From the NCBI GenBank assembly GCA_031430155.1, contig JANPAY010000356.1, forward strand, positions 1 to 31,388: a stretch of DNA of 31,388 bases, written 5' to 3'. A program made the translations under genes and the position numbers. The stretch is from Comamonadaceae bacterium. GTDB taxonomy: Bacteria > Pseudomonadota > Gammaproteobacteria > Burkholderiales > Burkholderiaceae_C. The notes below the pieces were generated by a model. That model was not told the origin of the DNA and ran no database searches. It saw nothing but the letters and a program-made list of their open reading frames with translations. Below are positions 1-9,211 of this stretch, piece after piece (the first letter of the stretch is position 1; every line of letters begins with the position of its first letter).

Positions 1-851
1 AGCTTCGCCGCTGGCGCATCAAACCTCGGTGTCGTGTCGTTGTTAAACCCATGCTGCGTTCCTGCGTAGGTATGCGCCGTATGGCGAACATTTGCGGCTT
101 TGAGAGCTGTCTCGTACGCAGGCCACGCCGCGTTGATGCGATCGTCAATGCCTGCAAAGTGAATCAGGAGCGGTGCTTTCACTTTCACTGCATCAGCAGC
201 TGCAGGATGATTCCCATAAAACGGGACAGAGGCGTTTAGGTCGGGCAGGCGGGTGGCAAGCATGTGTGCAATGCCTCCGCCATAGCAAAAGCCCGTTACG
301 CCCATCTTGCCTGTCCCATCAGGGCGGGCTTTTAGCCAACCTGCCGCTGCAACAAAATCTTCCCGCGTTTTGGCTTGGTCCAGTTTTGCAAAGGCTTCGC
401 GCGCTTTGTCTTCGTCACCTGGGTAGCCGCCTAGAGGTGTCAGCGCGTCGGGCGCAAATGCCATGTAGCCATCTAGTGCCAAGCGCCGTGTGATGTCTTC
501 GATGTGCGGATTGAGGCCACGATTTTCGTGCACCACCAAAATAGCGGGAAGCTTTGATGCGCCTGAGCTAGCTGGGCGAGCCAAATACCCTTTGACAGCG
601 CCATAGCCATTGGGCGATTGGTAAGTGATCCATTCCGTCTTGATGCGTGCATCGTCTGGTTTAACTTGCTGCGCGAGCGCAAAGTTAGGACTTAAAGCCG
701 CGAGGATGCCAGTGGCTGTCATGCCAACGGTAGCAAATTTTTGTGCGCGCTCTAAAAAACCTCGTCTGTCGATGCCACCGTGAACGTAGGCATCAAACAA
801 AATCAATAACTCTTGGTCGAAATCTTGTGCGGTGAGGCGTGGTGCAGTCAT
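1..851 (-). CDS. yghX: Dienelactone hydrolase family protein (YghX-like), Tat signal; 3' end runs off the window
   Basis: Hand translation of the minus strand from ATG 851: MTAPRLTAQDFDQELLILFDAYVHGGIDRRGFL... Contains VVHENRGLNPHIED, the nucleophile motif GFCYGG and HGFNND. The frame is open to position 3. GGAGA RBS upstream. Absent from the ORF track because there is no stop in the window. Confidence 0.9.
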   Translation of the reverse strand, partial: MTAPRLTAQDFDQELLILFDAYVHGGIDRRGFLERAQKFATVGMTATGILAALSPNFALAQQVKPDDARIKTEWITYQSPNGYGAVKGYLARPASSGASKLPAILVVHENRGLNPHIEDITRRLALDGYMAFAPDALTPLGGYPGDEDKAREAFAKLDQAKTREDFVAAAGWLKARPDGTGKMGVTGFCYGGGIAHMLATRLPDLNASVPFYGNHPAAADAVKVKAPLLIHFAGIDDRINAAWPAYETALKAANVRHTAHTYAGTQHGFNNDTTPRFDAPAAK

Positions 852-896
852 GATGAGGTTCTCCGTAGTTTAAAAGTTAAAAGCGAGGCGCAGGGA

Positions 897-1508
897 TTAC
901 ATTGGCGGCGCAAAGCCATCCCGTCCAATGGTCATGCGAAGTGCTGTGGGTTTGCCGTCTTTTTCTTGCGCTTGAATTAGCACTTTTGCGCCAACCACTA
1001 GCAAGCTCTTTTCGCCAGGACGGAAGGTCACGATGGGTGCACCTTCTGCTACGTTCACGATCTTTTCACCGCCTTTGTAGGTCAGCCTGAGTTGGCGGCC
1101 ATTCGGTGCCACTTTAAGGTCTGCAACGGTGGCGTTTGTCATCGTGCTGTCTTTTTGCAAATCCCACGGGTTGTGGCCTTCACCTGTGCCGCGCATGGTT
1201 TCGGGAAAGACTAAAACCTCGATCGCTTCTAGCGTGCCGTCGGGTTTTGGCATGGCTGCTGTGCCAATAAAACTGCCCGCTTTAATCTCGGACATGGCGA
1301 TCGGATAGACCTCGTTCATGGGCATGTTCTCAGCCATCACAAGCGTGATGGTCTCACCGCGCCGCTCTTTGATGGTGACCGAGCCAACCTCTATTTTTTC
1401 AATGACGCCGCGCAGGCGGAGGATGGGATTAGTGGGCGAGGCTGTTTGAGCTAAAACGACCGCACTAACAAGACCCAAGACAACAAGGGAGGTGATTTTT
1501 TTAAACAT
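897..1508 (-). CDS. Exported conserved hypothetical protein (DUF5666-like beta-rich)
   Basis: 203 aa ORF with a signal peptide (MFKKITSLVVLGLVSAVVLA), repeated beta-strand pattern and a GEGHNPWDL...STMTNATV motif. Co-oriented with its neighbours. Confidence 0.7.
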   Translation of the reverse strand: MFKKITSLVVLGLVSAVVLAQTASPTNPILRLRGVIEKIEVGSVTIKERRGETITLVMAENMPMNEVYPIAMSEIKAGSFIGTAAMPKPDGTLEAIEVLVFPETMRGTGEGHNPWDLQKDSTMTNATVADLKVAPNGRQLRLTYKGGEKIVNVAEGAPIVTFRPGEKSLLVVGAKVLIQAQEKDGKPTALRMTIGRDGFAPPM

Positions 1509-1517
1509 GAAAGATTC

Positions 1518-1886
1518 CTAAAGTGGAAGCGTCATGCTAGCCCATTCTTCAAGATTGAACCCCACCGTAACCCTAGTCGGTGTCCACTGCACGACAGGGC
1601 GTTTGACCGTGCTGGGCTCACGCATCATGAGCGCTTTGGCACTGGCGGCATCCACAATGGCGGCCTGCACGCTGCTATCCAACTTGCGCCATGTTGTGCC
1701 TTTGCGGTTCAATAGTCGCTCCCAGCCAACCTGCGCCAGGCCAATATCCATAAGAGCTGCGGGCACACCTTGCTTCTTGAAGTCATGAAAAATATAGTCT
1801 ACTTTTCGCTCAGCAAGGTAAGTTCGGGCTTTTTTGACGGTGTCGCAATTGGAGATGCCGTAGAGAGTGATGGGTGCTTTGTTCAT
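1518..1886 (-). CDS. ArsC/Spx/YffB family protein
   Basis: Start moved to ATG 1886 (MNKAPITLYGISNCDTVKKAR...HDFKKQG...LLNRKGTTWRKL...KRPVV). The longer ORF start overlaps the divergent gene. Confidence 0.88.
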   Translation of the reverse strand: MNKAPITLYGISNCDTVKKARTYLAERKVDYIFHDFKKQGVPAALMDIGLAQVGWERLLNRKGTTWRKLDSSVQAAIVDAASAKALMMREPSTVKRPVVQWTPTRVTVGFNLEEWASMTLPL

Positions 1887-1916
1887 GGAGCGAATTATGG
1901 CGATTAAGATTCCGGC
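1887..1916. promoter_or_regulatory. Putative back-to-back divergent promoters (-10 CATAAT on minus at 1894-1899; TAAGAT on plus at 1905-1910)
   Basis: 30 bp spacer. Each hexamer lies 6-7 nt from its ATG, with no SD motif in between. Confidence 0.5.
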
Positions 1917-3128
1917 ATGAACGCACAAAACCATCTTCGCCCAGTCATCCAATCCCTCGCAGGCTCGCAAATCCGCGAAGTGGTCAATAGCGCCATTGAC
2001 GCACCCGATATTTTGAAATTCTGGTTTGGCGAAAGCGACGAAGTCACGCATCCCGCGGTTCGCGCAGCGGCGACTCAGTCATTGAACGATGGCGAGACGT
2101 TCTATACAGCCAACTTAGGTTTGGCTGAACTGCGTGAATCGGTTGCTGCGTACATGTCCAAGCTGCATGGCTCACAGACCAACCCGATTGCCGCAGATCG
2201 CATTGCCATTACCTCGGGCGGGGTGAGTGGCTTGATGTTAGCTTCGCAAATGATTGTGAATGCGGGCGACGAAGTGGTCTGCGTCACCCCCATTTGGCCG
2301 AACTTGCCGCAGCAAGCGATCATCATGGGTGGGGTGGTCACCGCTGTGCCGCTTTATGCAGAAGCTGGCGAGTGGAAACTTGATATCCACAAGCTCTGCG
2401 AGGCGATTACGCCTGCTACCAAATTGCTTTTAGTCAACGCGCCGAATAACCCAACGGGTTGGACTTTGACGCGAGACGAGCAGCAAACGATTCTTGAGCA
2501 TTGCCGAAAAACGGGTACGTGGATCATTGCGGATGAGGTGTATGAGCGGCTGTACTACGAACCCATTGACGCAAGCAATCCGCATGGATGCGCTCCGTCG
2601 TTTTTAGATATTGCCCAGCCAGAAGATCGCCTTATCGTCACGCACAGTTTTTCCAAAACTTTTTTAATGACAGGCTGGCGGCTCGGCTGGCTGGTTGTGC
2701 CGCCAAGTTGCTTGGATGCCATGGGCAAGCTGATTGAGTTCAATACGTCTTGTGCGCCTAGCTTTGTGCAAAAGGCTGCGCTGGAGGCCTTACGCCGTGA
2801 GTTTGAGATTACGCCGCCGTTGGTGACGCATTTCAAGTTATGTCGGGATACGCTCGTTCCGCTCTTGCAAGCTGTGCCTTATGTGACAGTAGAGCCCGCC
2901 AAAGGCGGCATGTACGCCTTCTTCAAAATCGAAGGATTTGATGATTCACTCGCACTTGCTAAACGGTTGGTAAGCGAAGCGGGGCTTGGGCTAGCGCCGG
3001 GGAGTGCCTTTGATTTAGCGCCAGATAAAGTCGGCGATGGCTGGATGCGCTGGTGCTTTGCGTCAAGTGATGTCACCAGATTGGTTTTGGGGGTTGAACG
3101 CTTGAAACTTTGGTTAAAAAGCCAGTAA
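1917..3128 (+). CDS. PLP-dependent aminotransferase class I/II
   Basis: NAPNNPTG, IIADEVY and SFSKTFLMTGWRLG (PLP lysine) motifs; 403 aa. Confidence 0.93.
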   Translation: MNAQNHLRPVIQSLAGSQIREVVNSAIDAPDILKFWFGESDEVTHPAVRAAATQSLNDGETFYTANLGLAELRESVAAYMSKLHGSQTNPIAADRIAITSGGVSGLMLASQMIVNAGDEVVCVTPIWPNLPQQAIIMGGVVTAVPLYAEAGEWKLDIHKLCEAITPATKLLLVNAPNNPTGWTLTRDEQQTILEHCRKTGTWIIADEVYERLYYEPIDASNPHGCAPSFLDIAQPEDRLIVTHSFSKTFLMTGWRLGWLVVPPSCLDAMGKLIEFNTSCAPSFVQKAALEALRREFEITPPLVTHFKLCRDTLVPLLQAVPYVTVEPAKGGMYAFFKIEGFDDSLALAKRLVSEAGLGLAPGSAFDLAPDKVGDGWMRWCFASSDVTRLVLGVERLKLWLKSQ

Positions 3129-3133
3129 AAATC

Positions 3134-3147
3134 TTGATCCAAGTCAA
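3134..3147. promoter_or_regulatory. Putative FNR/Crp-family binding site
   Basis: TTGAT-CCAA-GTCAA matches 9/10 positions of the consensus TTGAT-N4-ATCAA. It lies upstream of sdhC. Confidence 0.5.
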
Positions 3148-3163
3148 TTTGTCAGCCTAGTGG

Positions 3164-3193
3164 AAACCCGCATGTTTTAGAATACGCGGGTTT
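3164..3193. promoter_or_regulatory. Inverted repeat flanking a putative -10 box (TAGAAT 3178-3183) of the sdh operon
   Basis: AAACCCGC (3164-3171) and GCGGGTTT (3186-3193) with a 14 nt spacer; no U-tract follows. Confidence 0.4.
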
Positions 3194-3214
3194 GCAACTT
3201 CGAAAGCCTAAAAA

Positions 3215-3655
3215 ATGTCCGATTCGAGCCACCAGTCTCAGCGACCCGAATTCCGCAATATCAACGCGTTTACTGACCTGACGACCTACCGAATGACGGC
3301 TGGGGCTTGGGTTTCCATCCTCCACCGTGCCAGCGGCGCAATCATGTTTCTTCTCTTGCCTTTCATCATTTGGATGTTTGACAAGTCGATCTCAAGTGAA
3401 TTCTCCTATGCCAAGTTCACGGCGCTATTTAATATTGGCGCAGGTTTTGTACCAGGCTGGTTCTTCAAACTGGTGGCGCTGGCTCTGATTTGGTCGTATT
3501 TGCATCACCTCACCGCAGGTTTGCGCCATCTGTGGATGGATGTGAGCCACAGCGCCGTTACCAAGGGTTTTGCCAAGAAATCCGCTGTGGTCACGTTTGC
3601 CATTAGTTTGCCCCTGACGGCGGCTTTGGCTGCCAAGTTGTTTGGTTTGTATTGA
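3215..3655 (+). CDS. sdhC: Succinate dehydrogenase cytochrome b556 subunit
   Basis: RPEFRNI, SILHRASG and HHLTAGLRHL motifs; three TM segments; first gene of the sdh cluster. Confidence 0.93.
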   Translation: MSDSSHQSQRPEFRNINAFTDLTTYRMTAGAWVSILHRASGAIMFLLLPFIIWMFDKSISSEFSYAKFTALFNIGAGFVPGWFFKLVALALIWSYLHHLTAGLRHLWMDVSHSAVTKGFAKKSAVVTFAISLPLTAALAAKLFGLY

Positions 3656-3671
3656 TATCAAGGCTCAAAAA

Positions 3672-4037
3672 ATGACTATTTCTAATCTCACGATGGCGAT
3701 GAAGAGCAAGGGCAATAACGCCTTGCGTGGCTGGCTGGCACAGCGCGTCACGGCTGGCTTGATGGCGGTGTTTACGCTGATCGTGCTCTTGCAAGTGATT
3801 TTTAACAAAGGCGCGATGGGTTACGACAAATGGGCGAGCATTTTTGCGTCGCTGCCGATGAAAGTCTTGACCTTCGTCGTGATCCTCGCACTCGCATGGC
3901 ATGTACTGCTGGGCATGCAAGAGATTTACATGGACTACATCAAACCCGTCGCCTTGCGCCTTGCTTTGAAAGTCTTTACTGCCGTGTGGCTAGTCGGCTG
4001 CGCTGGCTGGGCGATTCAAGTTTTGTGGAGAGTTTAA
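3672..4037 (+). CDS. sdhD: Succinate dehydrogenase hydrophobic membrane anchor
   Basis: WLAQRVTA and WH...GMQEIYMDY motifs; TM segments. ATG 3672 chosen to avoid overlap with sdhC. Confidence 0.9.
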   Translation: MTISNLTMAMKSKGNNALRGWLAQRVTAGLMAVFTLIVLLQVIFNKGAMGYDKWASIFASLPMKVLTFVVILALAWHVLLGMQEIYMDYIKPVALRLALKVFTAVWLVGCAGWAIQVLWRV

Positions 4038-4039
4038 AA

Positions 4040-5866
4040 GTGAATAGCGTTAATCAAAATCAATATACGAACTCAAACATTGCCCGGCGCAAGTTCGACG
4101 TGGTCATTGTGGGTGCCGGTGGCTCTGGCATGCGCGCATCGTTGCAATTGGCACGTGCTGGCCTCAATGTGGCGGTGCTCTCCAAAGTCTTCCCAACTCG
4201 ATCGCACACCGTAGCGGCGCAGGGCGGCATTGGCGCTTCGCTTGGCAACATGAGTGCCGACACATGGCACTACCATTTTTACGATACCGTTAAAGGCTCT
4301 GACTGGCTGGGCGACCAAGACGCGATTGAATTTATGTGCCGTGAAGCACCGAAGGTGGTGTACGAGCTTGAGCACATGGGCATGCCGTTTGACCGCAATG
4401 CGGACGGCACGATTTACCAGCGTCCTTTTGGTGGGCATACTGAAAACTATGGTGAAAAGCCCATGCAGCGTGCCTGCGCGGCTGCTGACCGTACAGGTCA
4501 CGCCATGCTGCATACGCTGTATCAGCAAAACGTAGAGTCGAACACCAACTTTTTTGTTGAGTGGATGGCGCTGGATTTGATCTTGAATGACGATGGCGAC
4601 TGCGTTGGCGTGACGGCATTAGAGATGGAGACGGGCGATCTGTTCATCATGGAAGCCAAGACGGTGTTGTTGGCGACGGGCGGAGCAGGGCGTATTTACG
4701 CAGCTTCCACGAATGCCTACATCAACACTGGCGATGGCCTCGGTGTGGCGGCTCGTGCAGGCATTCCGCTGGAAGACATGGAGTTTTGGCAGTTCCACCC
4801 CACGGGTGTGCACGGCGCTGGCGTGCTGTTGACCGAAGGCTGCCGAGGCGAAGGTGCGATTTTGCTCAATAGCAATGGTGAGCGGTTTATGGAGCGCTAC
4901 GCGCCCACGCAGAAAGACCTCGCGCCGCGCGACTTTATTTCTCGCTGCATGGATCAAGAAATCAAAGAAGGACGAGGCTGCGGGCCGAATAAAGATCACA
5001 TCTTGCTCAAGCTTGACCATTTGGGTGCTGAGACCGTCATGAAGCGGTTGCCCTCGGTGCACGAAATCGGCATCAATTTTGCCAATGTGGACGTGACCCG
5101 CGAGCCGATTCCTGTTGTGCCGACCATCCATTACCAAATGGGCGGTATTCCGACCAATATCAACGGTCAAGTCGTCATTCAAAAGAATGGCAATGACAAC
5201 TCCGTAGTCAATGGACTCTACGCGGTGGGTGAATGCTCTTGCGTGAGCGTTCATGGTGCGAACCGATTGGGCACTAACTCGCTGTTAGATTTACTCGTTT
5301 TTGGTCGTGCTGCAGGCAATCACATCGTGGCAAGTAACCTGAAAGAGCAGGCGCATAGGGCCATACCAACCAATGCTGCTGATCAAACACTCGCTCGTTT
5401 GAACCGCTTGGAATCTGACACGAGTGGCGAATACGCACAAGACGTGGCCAACGACATCCGCGCGATGATGCAAGTGCACGCAGGCGTGTACCGCACTCAA
5501 GCTAGCATGGATGAGGGCGTAGCCAAAATTGCTGAGCTACGCAAACGCGCCAGTGCGATTGGTTTGAAGGATAAATCTAAGGTCTTCAATACCGCACGTA
5601 TCGAGGCTTTAGAGGTAGAAAACCTGATTGAAGCGGCTGAAGCTACCATTGTGTCGGCAGCAGCAAGGCACGAGTGCCGTGGTGCACACAGCGTCAGCGA
5701 CTACGAGCGCCCAGTCGACGATCCGCTAACGCCGCTAGGCCGCAACGACGCGGTTTGGATGAAGCACACGCTGTGGTACTCAGAGGGCAATCGCCTTGAC
5801 TACAAAGCAGTCAAATTAACACCATTGACCGTGGACTCGATTCCACCCAAAGTAAGGACATTCTAA
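4040..5866 (+). CDS. sdhA: Succinate dehydrogenase flavoprotein subunit
   Basis: DVVIVGAGGSG, RSHTVAAQGG (FAD-linked His), QFHPTG and HGANRLGTNSL motifs. Probable GTG start at 4040; the exact start is uncertain. Confidence 0.96.
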   Translation: MNSVNQNQYTNSNIARRKFDVVIVGAGGSGMRASLQLARAGLNVAVLSKVFPTRSHTVAAQGGIGASLGNMSADTWHYHFYDTVKGSDWLGDQDAIEFMCREAPKVVYELEHMGMPFDRNADGTIYQRPFGGHTENYGEKPMQRACAAADRTGHAMLHTLYQQNVESNTNFFVEWMALDLILNDDGDCVGVTALEMETGDLFIMEAKTVLLATGGAGRIYAASTNAYINTGDGLGVAARAGIPLEDMEFWQFHPTGVHGAGVLLTEGCRGEGAILLNSNGERFMERYAPTQKDLAPRDFISRCMDQEIKEGRGCGPNKDHILLKLDHLGAETVMKRLPSVHEIGINFANVDVTREPIPVVPTIHYQMGGIPTNINGQVVIQKNGNDNSVVNGLYAVGECSCVSVHGANRLGTNSLLDLLVFGRAAGNHIVASNLKEQAHRAIPTNAADQTLARLNRLESDTSGEYAQDVANDIRAMMQVHAGVYRTQASMDEGVAKIAELRKRASAIGLKDKSKVFNTARIEALEVENLIEAAEATIVSAAARHECRGAHSVSDYERPVDDPLTPLGRNDAVWMKHTLWYSEGNRLDYKAVKLTPLTVDSIPPKVRTF

Positions 5867-5868
5867 AA

Positions 5869-6573
5869 ATGGCTAAAAGAACCTTTCACATTTACCGCTA
5901 CGACCCCGATGTTGACGCGAAGCCGCGCATGGAAAAAGTTGAGCTAGAGCTTGATGGTCACGAGCGTATGCTGCTTGACGCGCTGATGAAACTCAAAGCG
6001 CAAGACCCTACGGTGAGCTATCGCCGTTCGTGCCGCGAAGGCGTGTGCGGTTCGGATGCGATGAATATCAATGGCAAAAATGGTCTTGCATGCCTGACTA
6101 ATTTGAATACGCTCAAAGACCCGATCGTCTTGAAACCCTTGCCAGGCTTGCCTGTGGTGCGTGATTTGATTGTGGACATGACGCAGTTTTTTAAGCAGTA
6201 CCATTCGATCAAACCTTATCTGGTCAATAACACGCCACCGCCAGAAAAAGAACGTTTGCAAAGCCCTGTGCAGCGCGAAGAGCTGGATGGTTTGTACGAG
6301 TGCATCTTGTGTGCGAGCTGCTCGACATCGTGCCCGTCGTTCTGGTGGAATCCTGATAAATTTGTGGGACCCGCTGGGCTTTTGCAAGCCTATCGATTTA
6401 TTGCCGATAGCCGCGATCAAGCGACGACAGAGCGCCTTGATAATTTGGAAGATCCGTACCGTTTGTTCCGCTGTCACACGATCATGAACTGCGTGGACGT
6501 GTGTCCAAAAGGTTTGAATCCAACGCTAGCGATTGGTAAGATTAAAGAGCTTATGGTGGCGAGGTCGGTTTAG
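5869..6573 (+). CDS. sdhB: Succinate dehydrogenase iron-sulfur subunit
   Basis: SCREGVCGSD, CILCASCSTSCP and CHTIMNCVDVCP cluster motifs. Confidence 0.97.
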   Translation: MAKRTFHIYRYDPDVDAKPRMEKVELELDGHERMLLDALMKLKAQDPTVSYRRSCREGVCGSDAMNINGKNGLACLTNLNTLKDPIVLKPLPGLPVVRDLIVDMTQFFKQYHSIKPYLVNNTPPPEKERLQSPVQREELDGLYECILCASCSTSCPSFWWNPDKFVGPAGLLQAYRFIADSRDQATTERLDNLEDPYRLFRCHTIMNCVDVCPKGLNPTLAIGKIKELMVARSV

Positions 6574-6863
6574 TGCTGCTAAATGAGCGAGCGATTTCCA
6601 AACTCAAATGGCGTTCGCGCCGTGGAATGCTGGAGAACGATCTTTTTATTGAGCGCTTTTTTGAAAGATATGCGTCATTACTCACGACAAATGATGAGGC
6701 TGGAATGTATGCCTTGATGGATTTGAGTGATAACGATTTGATGGATTTGCTCTTGTCACGCAAGCAACTAGAAGAAGTTGAGATTCGTGATCAGCAATCG
6801 AATAATGGATTGGTCACACACAAGCAGATTGTTGATGTATTAACTAAGTTGAAAGAAAAATAA
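6573..6863 (+). CDS. sdhE: FAD assembly factor SdhE
   Basis: [16 protein letters not shown] motif; TAGTG stop/start overlap with sdhB. Confidence 0.9.
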   Translation: MLLNERAISKLKWRSRRGMLENDLFIERFFERYASLLTTNDEAGMYALMDLSDNDLMDLLLSRKQLEEVEIRDQQSNNGLVTHKQIVDVLTKLKEK

Positions 6864-6864
6864 A

Positions 6865-8178
6865 ATGAAACTCTCCGATAACAAAGCCACGATCACCTTC
6901 TCCAACGGCACGCCCAGCTTCGAAGCGCCTGTTTACTCGGGTAGCATTGGCCCCGATGTTTTGGACATCCGCAAGCTGTACGGTACAACAGGCATGTTTA
7001 CCTACGACCCGGGTTTTTTATCGACAGCGGCTTGCCAGTCGGCGATTACCTATATTGATGGTGATAAAGGCGAGCTCTTGTACCGCGGCTACCCGATTGA
7101 GCAATTGGCCACGCGCGGAGGTGATTTTTTAGACACCTGCTATTTGCTCTTGCGTGCTGAGTTGCCGACTGAGACACAGCGCAAAGATTTCCACAAATTG
7201 GTGACGATGCACACCATGGTGAACGAGCAGATGCAGTTCTTTTTGCGCGGATTCCGCCGCGATGCGCATCCGATGGCAATTTTGACGGGCCTTGTTGGCG
7301 CGTTGTCAGCCTTCTACCATGACAGCACCGATATCAACAACGCCGAGCACCGCGAAATTGCCGCGATTCGTTTGATTGCAAAAATGCCAACGCTTGTCGC
7401 GATGGCCTACAAATACAGTATCGGTCAGCCGTTTATTTATCCGCGCAACGATTTATCGTACGCTGGCAACTTTTTGCACATGATGTTTGCTACGCCTTGC
7501 GAGACCTATACGGTCAATCCGATTATGGAAAAAGCGATAGATCGTATCTTTACACTGCATGCCGATCACGAGCAAAATGCATCGACTTCAACTGTGCGGT
7601 TGTGCGGCTCTTCGGGCACTAATCCGTTTGCGGCGATTGCGGCTGGTGTGGCTTGCCTTTGGGGCCCTGCGCATGGCGGTGCAAATGAAGCTTGCTTGCA
7701 AATGCTCGAGGACATTCAAGCCAAAGGCGGCCTCTCTTACGTCGCCGAGTTCATGGAAAAAGTGAAAGATAAAAACTCGGGTGTCAAGCTGATGGGCTTT
7801 GGCCACCGCGTTTACAAAAACTTCGATCCACGCGCCAAGCTGATGCAAGAGACTTGCCGAGAGGTGTTTGCTGCACTGGGTGTGGAGAACGACCCGATTT
7901 TGAAATTGGCTCAGGCACTGGAAAAGATTGCCTTGGAAGACGACTATTTTGTCTCGCGTAAGCTCTATCCAAACGTCGACTATTACTCGGGGATCGTGCA
8001 ACGCGCTATTGGGATTCCCGTGTCCTTGTTCACGGGTATTTTTGCACTTGCACGCTCGGTGGGCTGGATTGCGCAGCTGAATGAGATGATTGGCGATCCC
8101 GAGTACAAAATTGGCCGTCCACGTCAGCTCTTTACGGGATCGGGGCGCCGCGACGTGCCTGCTTCAGCGCGCAGCTAA
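6865..8178 (+). CDS. gltA: Citrate synthase (type II)
   Basis: [30 protein letters not shown] and YPNVDYYSG motifs. Confidence 0.96.
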   Translation: MKLSDNKATITFSNGTPSFEAPVYSGSIGPDVLDIRKLYGTTGMFTYDPGFLSTAACQSAITYIDGDKGELLYRGYPIEQLATRGGDFLDTCYLLLRAELPTETQRKDFHKLVTMHTMVNEQMQFFLRGFRRDAHPMAILTGLVGALSAFYHDSTDINNAEHREIAAIRLIAKMPTLVAMAYKYSIGQPFIYPRNDLSYAGNFLHMMFATPCETYTVNPIMEKAIDRIFTLHADHEQNASTSTVRLCGSSGTNPFAAIAAGVACLWGPAHGGANEACLQMLEDIQAKGGLSYVAEFMEKVKDKNSGVKLMGFGHRVYKNFDPRAKLMQETCREVFAALGVENDPILKLAQALEKIALEDDYFVSRKLYPNVDYYSGIVQRAIGIPVSLFTGIFALARSVGWIAQLNEMIGDPEYKIGRPRQLFTGSGRRDVPASARS

Positions 8179-8198
8179 TTGCTCAAACTTATGCGCTA

Positions 8199-8801
8199 AT
8201 GCTGGATCTAAACAACCACTTCCTGATCGCCATGCCTGGCATGGAGGATGCGGATTTTGAGAAGACAGTGGTGTTTGTTTTTGATCACGGCAAAAATGGT
8301 GCCGCAGGGTTGGTGATCAACCGTCCGAGTGAGTCCACGATGAAGCAAATGTTTTATCGGATGGATTTGGGGCTTGGGCGGGAAGACTTGCTATTGACTC
8401 CTGTGTTTAACGGTGGTCCTGTTTTCACAGACCGTGGTTTTGTGCTCCATGAGGCCCAGCAAACCTTTGAGCTTGGTGACGACGGTTTCGCACCCAGCCA
8501 AGCTTCGTTTTGGATGTCGACGCTGGCAGTGTCTGGTGGTTTAGAGATGACCACGTCACGGGATGTACTCGAGGCCTTAGCGTGTGGCGCTGGGCCACAA
8601 AAAATGTTTCTAGCTCTTGGCTATGCCGCATGGCAGGCAGGGCAACTAGAGCATGAAATCGCCCACAACGATTGGTTGACGGTACCTGCCGATCACCGCC
8701 TTATTTTTGATCTTCCCGTGGCCGAACGCTATAGCGCTGCACTCGCGCTTTTAGGGCTAGACGAAATCAAGCTGGTACCTGACGGAGGGGTGATGCAATG
8801 A
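8199..8801 (+). CDS. yqgE: YqgE/AlgH family protein
   Basis: HFLIAMP, GLVINRP, GGPV..DRGFVLH and LGYAAW..GQLE motifs. Confidence 0.92.
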   Translation: MLDLNNHFLIAMPGMEDADFEKTVVFVFDHGKNGAAGLVINRPSESTMKQMFYRMDLGLGREDLLLTPVFNGGPVFTDRGFVLHEAQQTFELGDDGFAPSQASFWMSTLAVSGGLEMTTSRDVLEALACGAGPQKMFLALGYAAWQAGQLEHEIAHNDWLTVPADHRLIFDLPVAERYSAALALLGLDEIKLVPDGGVMQ

Positions 8802-9211
8802 TGGCAAGTTCGCCCATCCAGCAATTTTTGGCGTTCGATTGGGGCAAGTTGCGCGTCGGCGTCGCCAGCGGCAATACGTTGACAAAAAGCGCGCAAAGCG
8901 TAGCAACGCTGACCCAGCAAGGCGCAGCGCGTGATCAGGCGATTTTGAAACTAGTGAAAGAATGGCGGCCTAGCGCCTTGGTGGTGGGCGTGCCGTATCA
9001 CCCCGATGGTGCACCGCATAAAAATACGAAGCTTGCGAAACAGTTTGCGCAAAATCTGCGCGGCTTAACGGACGCGCTTGTTCACGAGGTTGATGAGCGT
9101 TACAGCACGACCGAGGCAAAGGCCGATAATCCAAGGGCCAGAGAAGCCAAATTGGATGCGTTTTCCGCTTGCATCATCCTAGAACAATATATGAGGAGTT
9201 TGCCTGAATGA
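8798..9211 (+). CDS. yqgF: Holliday junction resolvase-like / pre-16S rRNA nuclease YqgF (RuvX)
   Basis: AFDWG...GVA, VVGVP, VDERYST and LDA.SA.IILE motifs; ATGA overlap with yqgE. Confidence 0.9.
   Translation: MMASSPIQQFLAFDWGKLRVGVASGNTLTKSAQSVATLTQQGAARDQAILKLVKEWRPSALVVGVPYHPDGAPHKNTKLAKQFAQNLRGLTDALVHEVDERYSTTEAKADNPRAREAKLDAFSACIILEQYMRSLPE

Noticed and set aside
1887-2051. N-terminal extension of the ArsC-family ORF
   Set aside because: Overlaps the divergent aminotransferase; the family motif starts at MNKAPITLYG (1886).
3672-3740. Atypical SdhD N-terminus (MTISNLTMAMKSKGNNALRGW)
   Set aside because: The heme-ligand His and the MDY quinone-site motif are retained; likely ordinary divergence.
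3830-4039. 70 aa N-terminal extension of SdhA in the ORF track
   Set aside because: Overlaps sdhD in another frame; recognisable SdhA sequence begins only after GTG 4040.
4060-8001. Multiple 60-211 aa antisense or alternate-frame ORFs within sdhA, sdhB and gltA
   Set aside because: Fully nested in conserved genes, with no motifs or RBS; expected from codon bias.
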